Assembly: GCA_039680575.1 (NCBI GenBank)
Contig: JBDKSP010000022.1
Span: 1-48,845, forward strand
Length of the DNA: 48,845 bases
Reading direction: 5' to 3'
Source: Armatimonadota bacterium
Lineage (GTDB): Bacteria > Armatimonadota > UBA5829 > DTLH01
Program-made: the position numbers and the translations under genes
Shown here: piece after piece, positions 36,278-45,358 of the stretch
Layout: every line of letters begins with the position of its first letter
Position numbering within the stretch: position 1 is the first letter of the stretch
The notes under the pieces: generated by a model
Seen by the model: only the letters and a program-made list of their open reading frames with translations
What the model was told of the DNA's origin: nothing
Databases searched by the model: none

Positions 36278-37834
36278 ATGTCTCTACGCATAAGAATATT
36301 TGATACAACACTTCGAGATGGCGAACAATCGCCTGGTGCGAGTATGAATATCGAGGAGAAGCTGGAGGTTGCGCGTCAGCTTGCAAGGCTTAAGGTCGAT
36401 GTGATCGAAGCCGGTTTTCCGATATCTTCTCCCGGTGATTTCGAAGCTGTGAAAGCCATCGCAGAAACAATAAAGGGTCCGGCTATCGCAGGTCTATGCC
36501 GTGCGAGCAAGATGGACATCGACCGCGCCTGGGAAGCGCTGCAGTTTTCAAAAAAGCCAGTGATACATACGTTTATCGCTACGTCCGACATCCATCTTGA
36601 AAAAAAGCTTAAAAAGTCGCGGGAGGAAGTACTCGAAATCGCACAGATGGCGGTAAGGCACGCCAGGAACTATACGGACAGTGTAGAGTTCTCCGCGGAA
36701 GATGCATCCCGCTCAGACTTTGATTATCTCTGCCAAGTGGTGGAAGCAGTAATCGATGCAGGTGCGACTGTAGTGAATATCCCGGATACTGTCGGCTATG
36801 CAGTTCCAACCGAATTCGGAGATATGATTCGAAGGCTCATTAAAAGCGTACCAAATTCGAAAAATGCAATTATCAGTGTCCACTGTCACAATGACCTTGG
36901 TCTTGCAACAGCCAATACCCTCTCAGCCGTTATGAACGGCGCGGGACAGGTCGAGTGTACCATCAATGGCATCGGCGAACGCGCCGGGAATGCAGCGCTT
37001 GAGGAAATAGTGATGGCGATTAACACACGCGCGGACCTGATGAACATCAAGACCAACATAAACACGAAAGATATTCATCGTGCGAGCCGCCTCGTTTCCG
37101 ATGTTACCGGCCTCGCGGTGCAAGTGAACAAGGCTATAGTCGGCGCAAATGCATTCGCTCATGAAGCAGGTATCCACCAGCACGGGGTAATGCAGGAGAG
37201 ACGAACATATGAGATAATGGATGCCGAGTCAGTAGGTCTCACCGAAAGCAAGTTGATCCTCGGCAAACATTCCGGGAGGCATGCGTTTGACGAAAAACTC
37301 AAATCGCTCGGTTATCAACTGAACAAGGCCGAACTCGAGAAGGCATTCGAGCGTTTCAAAGAACTCGCTGATAAGAAAAAAGAGATTTTCAACGAAGATA
37401 TAGAGACGATAGTTGCTCACGAAGTGCGCGCCATCTCGGCAAAATACCTGCTTAAGTGTATGAATGTTATGACCAGCCTGGATGGTATTCCGACTGCGAC
37501 TATCCGCCTAAAGAGCGATGACACAGACATCGTGGACGCGGGTATCGGCATCGGGTCGGTCGATGCTGTTTATAAGACGATCGACAAGATGGTCGATGCC
37601 GAGTATAGACTGCTCGATTATGTCGTGAAAGCCGTCACCGGCGGCACCGATGCGCTTGGTGAGGTAACTGTGAAACTGTCTACTCCGGACGGTGAAGTCT
37701 ATACCGGTCGTGGCGCAAGCCTGGATATCGTTGAGGCAAGCGCGAAAGCGTATCTAAACGCGATCAACAAGCTGATTTATTATGAAGAAAAACGCGGCAG
37801 CAACGGAATACCTAAAGATAAGCCGTTATTATAA
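36278..37834 (+). CDS. leuA: 2-isopropylmalate synthase
   Basis: [39 protein letters not shown] motifs and the C-terminal regulatory domain. Confidence 0.97.
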   Translation: MSLRIRIFDTTLRDGEQSPGASMNIEEKLEVARQLARLKVDVIEAGFPISSPGDFEAVKAIAETIKGPAIAGLCRASKMDIDRAWEALQFSKKPVIHTFIATSDIHLEKKLKKSREEVLEIAQMAVRHARNYTDSVEFSAEDASRSDFDYLCQVVEAVIDAGATVVNIPDTVGYAVPTEFGDMIRRLIKSVPNSKNAIISVHCHNDLGLATANTLSAVMNGAGQVECTINGIGERAGNAALEEIVMAINTRADLMNIKTNINTKDIHRASRLVSDVTGLAVQVNKAIVGANAFAHEAGIHQHGVMQERRTYEIMDAESVGLTESKLILGKHSGRHAFDEKLKSLGYQLNKAELEKAFERFKELADKKKEIFNEDIETIVAHEVRAISAKYLLKCMNVMTSLDGIPTATIRLKSDDTDIVDAGIGIGSVDAVYKTIDKMVDAEYRLLDYVVKAVTGGTDALGEVTVKLSTPDGEVYTGRGASLDIVEASAKAYLNAINKLIYYEEKRGSNGIPKDKPLL

Positions 37835-37851
37835 ACGAAGAGAAATTGAAT

Positions 37852-39114
37852 ATGGCACAGACTATAACTCAAAAAATACTGGCTGCACACGCAGGTAAAG
37901 ATGTCGTCGAACCGGGCGAGTTGATTAATGCACGTCTCGACCTGGTGCTGGGTAATGATATTACAGCGCCTATCGCTATCCGTGAATTCGAAAAGATAGG
38001 CGCGGATACGGTATTCGATAATGAGCGGGTCGCGCTCGTACCGGACCACTCTACTCCAAACAAGGACATCAAGTCCGCTGAACTTGTGAAGATAATGCGG
38101 GAGTTCGCTCGCAAGCACAATATCAAGCATTATTACGAAATCGGCAGGATGGGTATAGAGCACACATTGCTTCCGGACGAGGGACTTGCAGGTCCCGGTG
38201 ATGTAATTATCGGCGCAGACTCGCATACTTGCACATACGGCGCATTGGGTGCGTTCTCGACAGGCGTCGGCTCGACTGACCTCGGGTGCGCAATGGCGCT
38301 TGGTGAGACATGGTTCAAAGTCCCTGAGCAGATCAAGTTCGTATACTATGGCAGACTCCCAAAATGGGTCAGCGGTAAAGATTTGATCCTCTACACTATC
38401 GGCAAGATCGGCGTGGATGGAGCATTATATTGTTCAATGGAACTGACCGGCGAGGCAATCTCGGAGCTTGATATGGCAGGCCGGTTCACAATGTGCAATA
38501 TGGCAATCGAGGCTGGGGCTAAGAATGGGATCATCGAACCGGATGAGAAGACTCTGGCTTATGTCCAGGGCCGCGCAATCCGCCCCTATCAGTTTTATAA
38601 GAGCGACCCCGACGCGCAGTACAAGGAAATAATCGAGATCAATTGTTCCAAACTTGAACCTATCGTCAGCTTCCCGCACTTGCCGGAGAACGCAAAGCCG
38701 GTCAGCGAGTCGACCCACGTAAAGATCGACCAGTCCGTCATCGGTTCATGCACCAACGGACGCATTGAGGATTTACGCATCGCCGCAGTGGTCCTAAAAG
38801 GCCGTAAGGTCCATCCAGATGTGAGACTGATCGTAATTCCTGCTACACAGGAGATTTATTTGCAGTCGATTCAAGAAGGCCTCACCGAGATTTTCGTGGA
38901 AGCCGGTGGTGTTGTCAGCACTCCGACCTGCGGACCCTGCCTGGGCGGCCATATGGGTGTTCTCGCAGAAGGTGAGCGCTCTGTCGCTACTACCAACCGT
39001 AACTTTGTCGGCCGAATGGGACACACGAAATCGGAAGTCTACCTGGCCAGTCCTGCTGTCGCTGCTGCCAGTGCCGTGCTCGGGAGGCTGGGAAGCCCTG
39101 AGGAGCTGAATTAA
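37852..39114 (+). CDS. leuC: 3-isopropylmalate dehydratase large subunit
   Basis: [20 protein letters not shown] and TNRNF.GR motifs; short subfamily; operon context. Confidence 0.95.
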   Translation: MAQTITQKILAAHAGKDVVEPGELINARLDLVLGNDITAPIAIREFEKIGADTVFDNERVALVPDHSTPNKDIKSAELVKIMREFARKHNIKHYYEIGRMGIEHTLLPDEGLAGPGDVIIGADSHTCTYGALGAFSTGVGSTDLGCAMALGETWFKVPEQIKFVYYGRLPKWVSGKDLILYTIGKIGVDGALYCSMELTGEAISELDMAGRFTMCNMAIEAGAKNGIIEPDEKTLAYVQGRAIRPYQFYKSDPDAQYKEIIEINCSKLEPIVSFPHLPENAKPVSESTHVKIDQSVIGSCTNGRIEDLRIAAVVLKGRKVHPDVRLIVIPATQEIYLQSIQEGLTEIFVEAGGVVSTPTCGPCLGGHMGVLAEGERSVATTNRNFVGRMGHTKSEVYLASPAVAAASAVLGRLGSPEELN

Positions 39115-39139
39115 GGATTAAATTGGTAAGGACGTTCGA

Positions 39140-39634
39140 ATGATTAAAGGAACAGTACATAAATACGGATCAGACGTCGATACGGATGTTATTATACCGG
39201 CACGCTATCTGAATACAAGTGATCCTCAGGAACTCGCGTCGCATTGCATGGAAGATATCGACTCGGAGTTTGTGAAGAAGGTTCAACCCGGCGATGTCAT
39301 CGTTGCAGAGGACAATTTCGGCTGTGGGTCATCCCGTGAGCATGCGCCGATTTCGATAAAAGCCTCAGGTGTTTCCTGCGTTATCGCAAACACATTTGCG
39401 CGTATATTCTATCGCAATGCAATCAATATAGGCCTTCCGATCCTTGAGTGTCCTGAGGCGGTTGCAGGGATAACGAATGGTGATACCATAGAGGTCAATC
39501 TTGAATCTGGCAGGATAATAGACGTCACTACCGGAAATGTGTGGCAGGCGAAGCCGTTTCCACCATTTATGAGACAGTTGATCGATGCCGGTGGCCTTGT
39601 GAACTACGCAAAAACTAAATTTCGGAGCAGATAG
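39140..39634 (+). CDS. leuD: 3-isopropylmalate dehydratase small subunit
   Basis: [21 protein letters not shown] and [13 protein letters not shown] motifs. Confidence 0.96.
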   Translation: MIKGTVHKYGSDVDTDVIIPARYLNTSDPQELASHCMEDIDSEFVKKVQPGDVIVAEDNFGCGSSREHAPISIKASGVSCVIANTFARIFYRNAINIGLPILECPEAVAGITNGDTIEVNLESGRIIDVTTGNVWQAKPFPPFMRQLIDAGGLVNYAKTKFRSR

Positions 39635-39636
39635 AT

Positions 39637-40722
39637 ATGCCATACAAGATAGCGGTACTTCCCGGTGATGGAATCGGAGTCGAGATCGTTCCGCAGGGAA
39701 TAAAAGCACTTAATGCCGCTGCCAAAAAGCTCGGGCTGGAAATAGAATATAAGGAAGCGCTATTTGGCGGAGCAGCGATTGACTCCGCAGGCATACCGCT
39801 GCCGGATGATACCCTCAAACTGTGTCTTGAAAGTGACGCAGTGTTTTTGGGAGCTGTCGGCGGCCCAAAATGGGACAATTTCGAGCCAGCGTCCCTAAGG
39901 CCTGAACGAGGCGGGCTTCTTCCGCTTAGAAAAGCGCTTGGCGCGTATGCAAACCTGCGTCCGATTGCTGTCTTTAGCGCGCTTTCCCATGCAACCTGCC
40001 TGAAACCGGAGAAAGTGAAAGGTGGAGTCGATCTGCTGATCGTTCGAGAACTCACCGGCGGCATTTACTTCGGCCAGCCGAAAGAACGCCGTATTATCGA
40101 TGGGGAGCAAGCCGCGGTCGATACATGTGTTTACAGAGTGAGTGAGATCGAGCGTGTGGCGCATGTTGCATTCAAGCAGGCGATGCACCGGCGCAATCGG
40201 GTCACATCCGTCGACAAGCAGAACGCTATGGAGACTTCCCGGTTGTGGCGCGAAGTCGTAAGCAGTGTTGCGTCACAGTATCCTAAAGTCGAACTCACTC
40301 ATATGCTTGCCGATAATTGTGCGATGCAGCTCTTGCGTGATCCGAAGCAGTTCGATGTGATACTCACGGATAATCTCTTTGGAGACATATTGAGCGATGA
40401 GGCATCGATGCTTCCGGGTTCACTTGGACTGCTGCCGTCTGCGAGCATTGGAGACGGCCGTGCCGGGCTTTATGAACCGATTCATGGGTCCGCACCGGAT
40501 ATAGCGGGCAGAAACATCGCAAATCCCATAGCAACAATTCTCACCGCGGCAATGATCCTGGAACATGCCTGCGATAGCCCGGATGGCGCGATGATGATCC
40601 GCTCGGCAGTCGAGAAGGTATTAAATACCGGCTATCGGACAGTCGATATTGCCATGGATGGGTGTAAAACCGTCGGTTGTGAGGAAATGGGCAATCTCAT
40701 AGCTGAAGCTATAGCCGGCTAA
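39637..40722 (+). CDS. leuB: 3-isopropylmalate dehydrogenase
   Basis: GDGIG.E, VRELTGGIYFG, NLFGDILSDEA and EPIHGSAPDIAG motifs. Confidence 0.97.
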   Translation: MPYKIAVLPGDGIGVEIVPQGIKALNAAAKKLGLEIEYKEALFGGAAIDSAGIPLPDDTLKLCLESDAVFLGAVGGPKWDNFEPASLRPERGGLLPLRKALGAYANLRPIAVFSALSHATCLKPEKVKGGVDLLIVRELTGGIYFGQPKERRIIDGEQAAVDTCVYRVSEIERVAHVAFKQAMHRRNRVTSVDKQNAMETSRLWREVVSSVASQYPKVELTHMLADNCAMQLLRDPKQFDVILTDNLFGDILSDEASMLPGSLGLLPSASIGDGRAGLYEPIHGSAPDIAGRNIANPIATILTAAMILEHACDSPDGAMMIRSAVEKVLNTGYRTVDIAMDGCKTVGCEEMGNLIAEAIAG

Positions 40723-40731
40723 AGGAATACT

Positions 40732-43041
40732 ATGCGATTCAGACTAATAGCTGCATGCGCTATAATCGCGCTGTTCAACATACTGCCTGCTCACGCAGCG
40801 GCTAAAGAGGAAGTAGTCTTCTGGTACGGGGCAACCCCGGACGAACAAGCCGCCTACGAGCAGATGATTGCCGAGTTCAACCACACTCACTCAGATATTT
40901 TGGTGCGTGGAATGCTCGTCCCGCAGAGATATGTCGAGCGGAAGCTGATGCTCTCCGTCTCCGGCGGCGCGCCTCCTGATGTAGTCCGGTTCTACACCCA
41001 TTTGGGCGGCGAAATGATGTCCCGCGGCGGGCTTGAGCCGCTCGACGAGCTTATCACACGCGATAAGTTCGATCTTTCCGACTTTTATCCCGTTGGAATC
41101 GAACAAAACACTTACAAAGGCAAATTGTACGGCGTACCGTGGATACTCTCGCCGAACGCGCTCTTTTATAACAAAGCGCTGTTCCGTAAAGCCGGTCTGG
41201 ACCCGAACCGCCCTCCCAAAACCTGGAAAGAGCTCGAAGAGTATGCTATGAGGCTCACGGTTCGGGACAAAAACGGCAATGTAGAGCAGGTTGGCTACGC
41301 CAACTTCCTGAACAACCCGACAGATTTCCACATGTACCTCTGGCAGAGCGGTGGAAACCCGCTTACAGCCGACCTGAAGCATCCAAACTTCACAAGTAAT
41401 GAAGGAATAGGGGCTTTGACCTGGATGCAGGACTTTTTAATCAAAGAAATGGGTACTATGAAGCCGGGTGTATCCCGCCCTCAGGCTTCCTCCACTGCTG
41501 TAAGAAACCTGCAGACGTTCAACAGCTCATTTGTCGGAGCTACCCAGGACCCGTTCGGCCTCGGTAAGGTAGCAATGCGGGTCGACAGCCCGTTCCGTAT
41601 CCCGGCGCTTCTTAAATACTTCCCCAATCTCGAAATTGGAGTCGCCGCAGCGCCGTACAGCAAGGTCCGGGCGGTGGAAGTCGTCGGAAACTCTCTTGTC
41701 ATCCCCAAAGGCAGCAAACACAAAGAGGCTGCATGGGAGTTCATCAAGTTCGCATCGACCCGCAAGCAGTCACTCGGCATCTGCAAGGTCGCAGGACGCA
41801 TCCCAGCAAGGATCAGCGCGGCAACATGGCCTGGGTTTTATAACAACCCGCTCGTAAAGCCGTTTGTCGATCAGATCGAATACGGCCGGACAACACCTGT
41901 CGCGCCGGGATACCGGGAAGTAAGCGATGCGCTTGCGGGAAACATCGAGCTTGCACTCAAGGGGACGCAAACACCTAGAGATGCGCTGATGAACGCCGCC
42001 GCAAAAGGCAGTAAAATACTGGACGAGGCGAATGCCGACCCTAACCTGCATCCCAAAATCCCGTGGAAAGCTACAGCCGTCGTTTCGGGTCTTGTGCTTT
42101 TGCTCGCAATCGCCGGAGTATGCTGGTATGTTGCCAGAGAGACCCGTCACAGCCGCGCCGCCAGGCGTGAAGCGATAAATTTCTACCTGTTTTTGAGCCC
42201 CTGGCTGATCGGGTTCATCGTGCTCACATTCGGCTCGATTGCCGCGTCGCTGGTATTCAGTTTTTCCAAATGGGACACACTAAGCCCAGCCAGGTTCGTC
42301 GGGCTGGATAATTTCATCAACCTGTTCACGAACGACCCCAGGTTCATGAAGGCGCTCGGCAACACGCTCTATTACGCCGCGTTCAGCATCCCGCTCGCAA
42401 TGGTCGGCGGGCTCGCTATCTCAGTCTTGATGAACCAGAAACTCCGGGGGATTAGCATTTTCAGGACGATATATTACCTGCCTGCTGTAGTCTCCGGCGT
42501 TGCGACGGCGATCCTCTGGCAATGGATTTTCAACCCGGGCACAGGGATTCTGAACAAGCTCCTGGCGCTCGTGATGAAGAACCCACCCGGCTGGCTGATC
42601 GACCCGGACTGGTCGAAGCCTGCCTTCATCATCATGGGTCTCTGGGCTATCGGCGGGACGATGATTATCTACCTCGCGGGGCTTCAGGGAATACCAGGAG
42701 AGCTTTATGAAGCATCGAGGATCGATGGAGCGTCGGCCTGGCAGCGGTTCAAGAACGTGACACTTCCGCTCCTCACACCGACGATCTTTTACCAACTCAT
42801 CGTCGGCACGATGGCCGCTTTCCAGTTCTTCCTGCCTGCTTATGTTATGACGGACGGCGGACCGCAGGACTCGACGCTTTTCTACTCGCTGTATCTGTTC
42901 AGAAACGGCTTCGAGTGGATGAAGATCGGCTATGCCTCGGCTATGGCATGGGCGCTGCTTGCAATCGTAATGGTCATCACGATAATCCAGTTCAAATTCG
43001 CCAACAGGTGGGTGTATTACGAAGGGGAAAAAGAGAACTGA
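40732..43041 (+). CDS. Carbohydrate ABC transporter solute-binding protein fused to a MalF-type permease
   Basis: Signal peptide and SBP family 1 motifs (G.PPDV, LYGVP, LFYNK.LF.KAG), then a TM linker and permease with an EAA loop (LYEASRIDGAS.WQRF..VTLP), all in one frame. Confidence 0.9.
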   Translation: MRFRLIAACAIIALFNILPAHAAAKEEVVFWYGATPDEQAAYEQMIAEFNHTHSDILVRGMLVPQRYVERKLMLSVSGGAPPDVVRFYTHLGGEMMSRGGLEPLDELITRDKFDLSDFYPVGIEQNTYKGKLYGVPWILSPNALFYNKALFRKAGLDPNRPPKTWKELEEYAMRLTVRDKNGNVEQVGYANFLNNPTDFHMYLWQSGGNPLTADLKHPNFTSNEGIGALTWMQDFLIKEMGTMKPGVSRPQASSTAVRNLQTFNSSFVGATQDPFGLGKVAMRVDSPFRIPALLKYFPNLEIGVAAAPYSKVRAVEVVGNSLVIPKGSKHKEAAWEFIKFASTRKQSLGICKVAGRIPARISAATWPGFYNNPLVKPFVDQIEYGRTTPVAPGYREVSDALAGNIELALKGTQTPRDALMNAAAKGSKILDEANADPNLHPKIPWKATAVVSGLVLLLAIAGVCWYVARETRHSRAARREAINFYLFLSPWLIGFIVLTFGSIAASLVFSFSKWDTLSPARFVGLDNFINLFTNDPRFMKALGNTLYYAAFSIPLAMVGGLAISVLMNQKLRGISIFRTIYYLPAVVSGVATAILWQWIFNPGTGILNKLLALVMKNPPGWLIDPDWSKPAFIIMGLWAIGGTMIIYLAGLQGIPGELYEASRIDGASAWQRFKNVTLPLLTPTIFYQLIVGTMAAFQFFLPAYVMTDGGPQDSTLFYSLYLFRNGFEWMKIGYASAMAWALLAIVMVITIIQFKFANRWVYYEGEKEN

Positions 43042-43075
43042 ATGAGGAGTAAGAGTTCAGAGTTGGTGATTACAA

Positions 43076-43161
43076 CATCATGCTGAATGAACACTACGTC
43101 ATGCTGAGCTTGACTCAGCATCCAGGAAGAAAATGGACCCTGAATCAAGTTCAGGGTGACG
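43076..43161. repeat. Bipartite palindromic element (GTCA.CTGA.CTTGA.TCAG type)
   Basis: CGTCATGCTGAGCTTGACTCAGCATCC (43097-43123) and inverted GACCCTGAATCAAGTTCAGGGTGACG (43136-43161); partial third unit at 43076. Confidence 0.7.
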
Positions 43162-43218
43162 TTTTGATTGGCCACGGTAACGTATGATTCTCATATAGGG
43201 TGAGTTGTTACCCGAATG

Positions 43219-43247
43219 TTGACTTAGCCCATGCCCGGTGGTATAAT
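43219..43247 (+). promoter_or_regulatory. sigma70 promoter of tRNA-Ala
   Basis: TTGACT, 17-nt spacer, TATAAT with an extended -10 TG. Confidence 0.8.
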
Positions 43248-43260
43248 ATCGGTGCTTTAT

Positions 43261-43336
43261 GGGGCAGTGGCTCAGCTGGGAGAGCGCCTCCCTCGCACGG
43301 AGGAGGTCGGGAGTTCGAATCTCCTCTGCTCCACCA
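43261..43336 (+). tRNA. tRNA-Ala (anticodon CGC)
   Basis: GGGGCAG acceptor stem with G3-U70, anticodon arm CCTCC-CTCGCAC-GGAGG, GTTCGAATC T loop, encoded CCA. Confidence 0.96.
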
Positions 43337-43342
43337 AACAAT

Positions 43343-43383
43343 AACCGGAAGACTATCTCTTATGTGTGGTTTTCCGGTTTTTT
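43343..43383 (+). terminator. Rho-independent terminator after tRNA-Ala
   Basis: AACCGGAAGAC...GTTTTCCGGTT followed by a T tract. Confidence 0.7.
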
Positions 43384-43401
43384 GTCTTTATGGGATGAAT
43401 C

Positions 43402-45147
43402 ATGACCGATAATGAAATCCGTGACAAGATGAAAAACCTGCCTGACCTGCCCGGGCTTGAAACCGTCGAGCCCAGAGATAGCTCGATGCTGCCGATTCTT
43501 CTCTATCTGGGCATTATGGTTTCTCTGATAGTGCCAGGTGCCGTAATGACAATCCTCCATTACGGCAAGTTCATAGACCAGCGCAGCAAAGTGCTTATTA
43601 TTATATTCGCGGCACTTTTAGCTTGGGTTATCCTCAGGCTGCTGTCCGGCTATTATCGGTTCAAGACCGATGCGAACGGCCTTACGATGGTTGGTGCGCT
43701 TCGCAGGCGGTCCATCCCGTGGATCGACGTGAAGGAAGCATACCTACAGGAATCGAAAACAAGCGGGTATAACCTGATCCTCAAGACGCAGCATGGCACA
43801 GTGAAGTTTGAGCCAAGAAACTGGGGACTGATAGCATCGGCATGGCAGCATTTAAGGCGCTTGGGGCGAGCTGAAGGTATGTCCTTACCGCCGCAAGCGC
43901 TTTCTTTCTGGGAACCGGTGCCGGACGATGTACCGCATGAGATCGACTGGTCGAAGAAAAGCGCTGCCGGGGATATAATTCCCGCTTCAGTAGTCGTTCT
44001 ATTCTTCGGCGGCATAGCCATATATCTGTTGTTTATGGTTAAGTTACTGTGGTCTCCTATGGGGCTTATAGTAATCTGGATGACAATATCACTGTTTATA
44101 ATGCTGAAATGGCTGCTGCTTCCAGAGGCTTTATATAAACCTTGGCGCATCAGGGTGCGGGAAGACTATATCGAGGCGAATCTGCCTTTTGCCAAAGCAT
44201 ATATCCCGTGGTCTGAGATAACATCTGCACATTTTACTAACAATAATAGCGGTGGGTTAGTAATCAAATACGGCAGCAGGAAATCAGAAATACGGGTTTT
44301 CTATATGCAGGGCAAGAAAGAACTTGAAGACCTGATACTGGCAATCGTCCGTAAACTCCGTGCATCGAGCGGAATTGTAATAGCTTTGCCAGAGTTCTAC
44401 TCAAGAAACCCTGAAGCACTGTACAAACCTGCATATTCGTCTCAGGGCAGTCAGCGGAAGGTACGAGCCTTTCTGAATACCCTTGACCCGCCTGTCAAAA
44501 AGAAGATTTCGAACCTTTACTACTCTCAAATTGCCGCCATACCAATTGGACTTGCTTTAGGCTTTGCAGCTATGTTCACATCACCGCTTGAACATATAAC
44601 ACGCAGCCTGCACAGAACACCAAATACGTTATTCTTCTTCACCAGCACAGATATGTGGCTTTTCTTTCCTGTACTCTGCGCGGTCATGGTTATCTCCGTG
44701 GTTATCACCAATCGAATTGGTAACAGAATGCCAAATCCATACCACGAGGCATGGTTGGAACTGAACAAGGTCCAGTCGGTAAAAGGAAAGTTCTATACTG
44801 TAATGGTTGTGATTGGTCTGGTTATATGTGCAGTAATGCTGCTTAGTTGTGTACCCTTTATTGACTCCTACACCCGCATTACCGACAAGGGAATAACTAC
44901 GAACGGCTTCTGGAGCCTTGGACACGAGGATTTCCACTCCTGGAACCAGGTCAAGCGGATCCTTGTACACGAGACTTACACCACAAAAAGCAAGAGTCTG
45001 GTTTACGAAGTGCTTTTCACCGATGGCAAGCGTTGGAAAGTCGATGAGGGAAAATTGGGTCTTATGTGCAGCAAAGACATCGACAGCGCCATAAATCACA
45101 TCTCCGAAAAGTCAGACAGGAAGATGGAGTATCCGCAGCAGCCCTAA
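43402..45147 (+). CDS. Hypothetical membrane protein with three bacterial PH-like domains
   Basis: Three TM-pair plus ...(I/H).W..(V/I) units (IPWIDV, IPWSEI, HSWNQV). Confidence 0.65.
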   Translation: MTDNEIRDKMKNLPDLPGLETVEPRDSSMLPILLYLGIMVSLIVPGAVMTILHYGKFIDQRSKVLIIIFAALLAWVILRLLSGYYRFKTDANGLTMVGALRRRSIPWIDVKEAYLQESKTSGYNLILKTQHGTVKFEPRNWGLIASAWQHLRRLGRAEGMSLPPQALSFWEPVPDDVPHEIDWSKKSAAGDIIPASVVVLFFGGIAIYLLFMVKLLWSPMGLIVIWMTISLFIMLKWLLLPEALYKPWRIRVREDYIEANLPFAKAYIPWSEITSAHFTNNNSGGLVIKYGSRKSEIRVFYMQGKKELEDLILAIVRKLRASSGIVIALPEFYSRNPEALYKPAYSSQGSQRKVRAFLNTLDPPVKKKISNLYYSQIAAIPIGLALGFAAMFTSPLEHITRSLHRTPNTLFFFTSTDMWLFFPVLCAVMVISVVITNRIGNRMPNPYHEAWLELNKVQSVKGKFYTVMVVIGLVICAVMLLSCVPFIDSYTRITDKGITTNGFWSLGHEDFHSWNQVKRILVHETYTTKSKSLVYEVLFTDGKRWKVDEGKLGLMCSKDIDSAINHISEKSDRKMEYPQQP

Positions 45148-45233
45148 CGCCGGCTCGTGTCACTTTATATCCTTCCCTTGTGTTGTTGCATCAGTACCCT
45201 TGGAAATGCATCAAAAACGCTTTTCGGTATCTG

Positions 45234-45242
45234 TGTTATAAT
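45234..45242 (+). promoter_or_regulatory. Extended -10 promoter for the helicase gene
   Basis: TGTTATAAT about 115 nt upstream of the TTG start. Confidence 0.55.
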
Positions 45243-45358
45243 GAATTGCATTGTTACGTTGTTTGGGCACTGGCCTGGTTGTTTGCTGAGATCTTCAGTT
45301 CGGCTGGCTTACCCGCCTCAGCCTCGGAGACAATATTATACGACCAGGAGATCATGTA

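Noticed and set aside
43099..43412. 80-aa and 70-aa ORFs over tRNA-Ala
   Set aside because: Spurious translations of the tRNA, its promoter and the repeat
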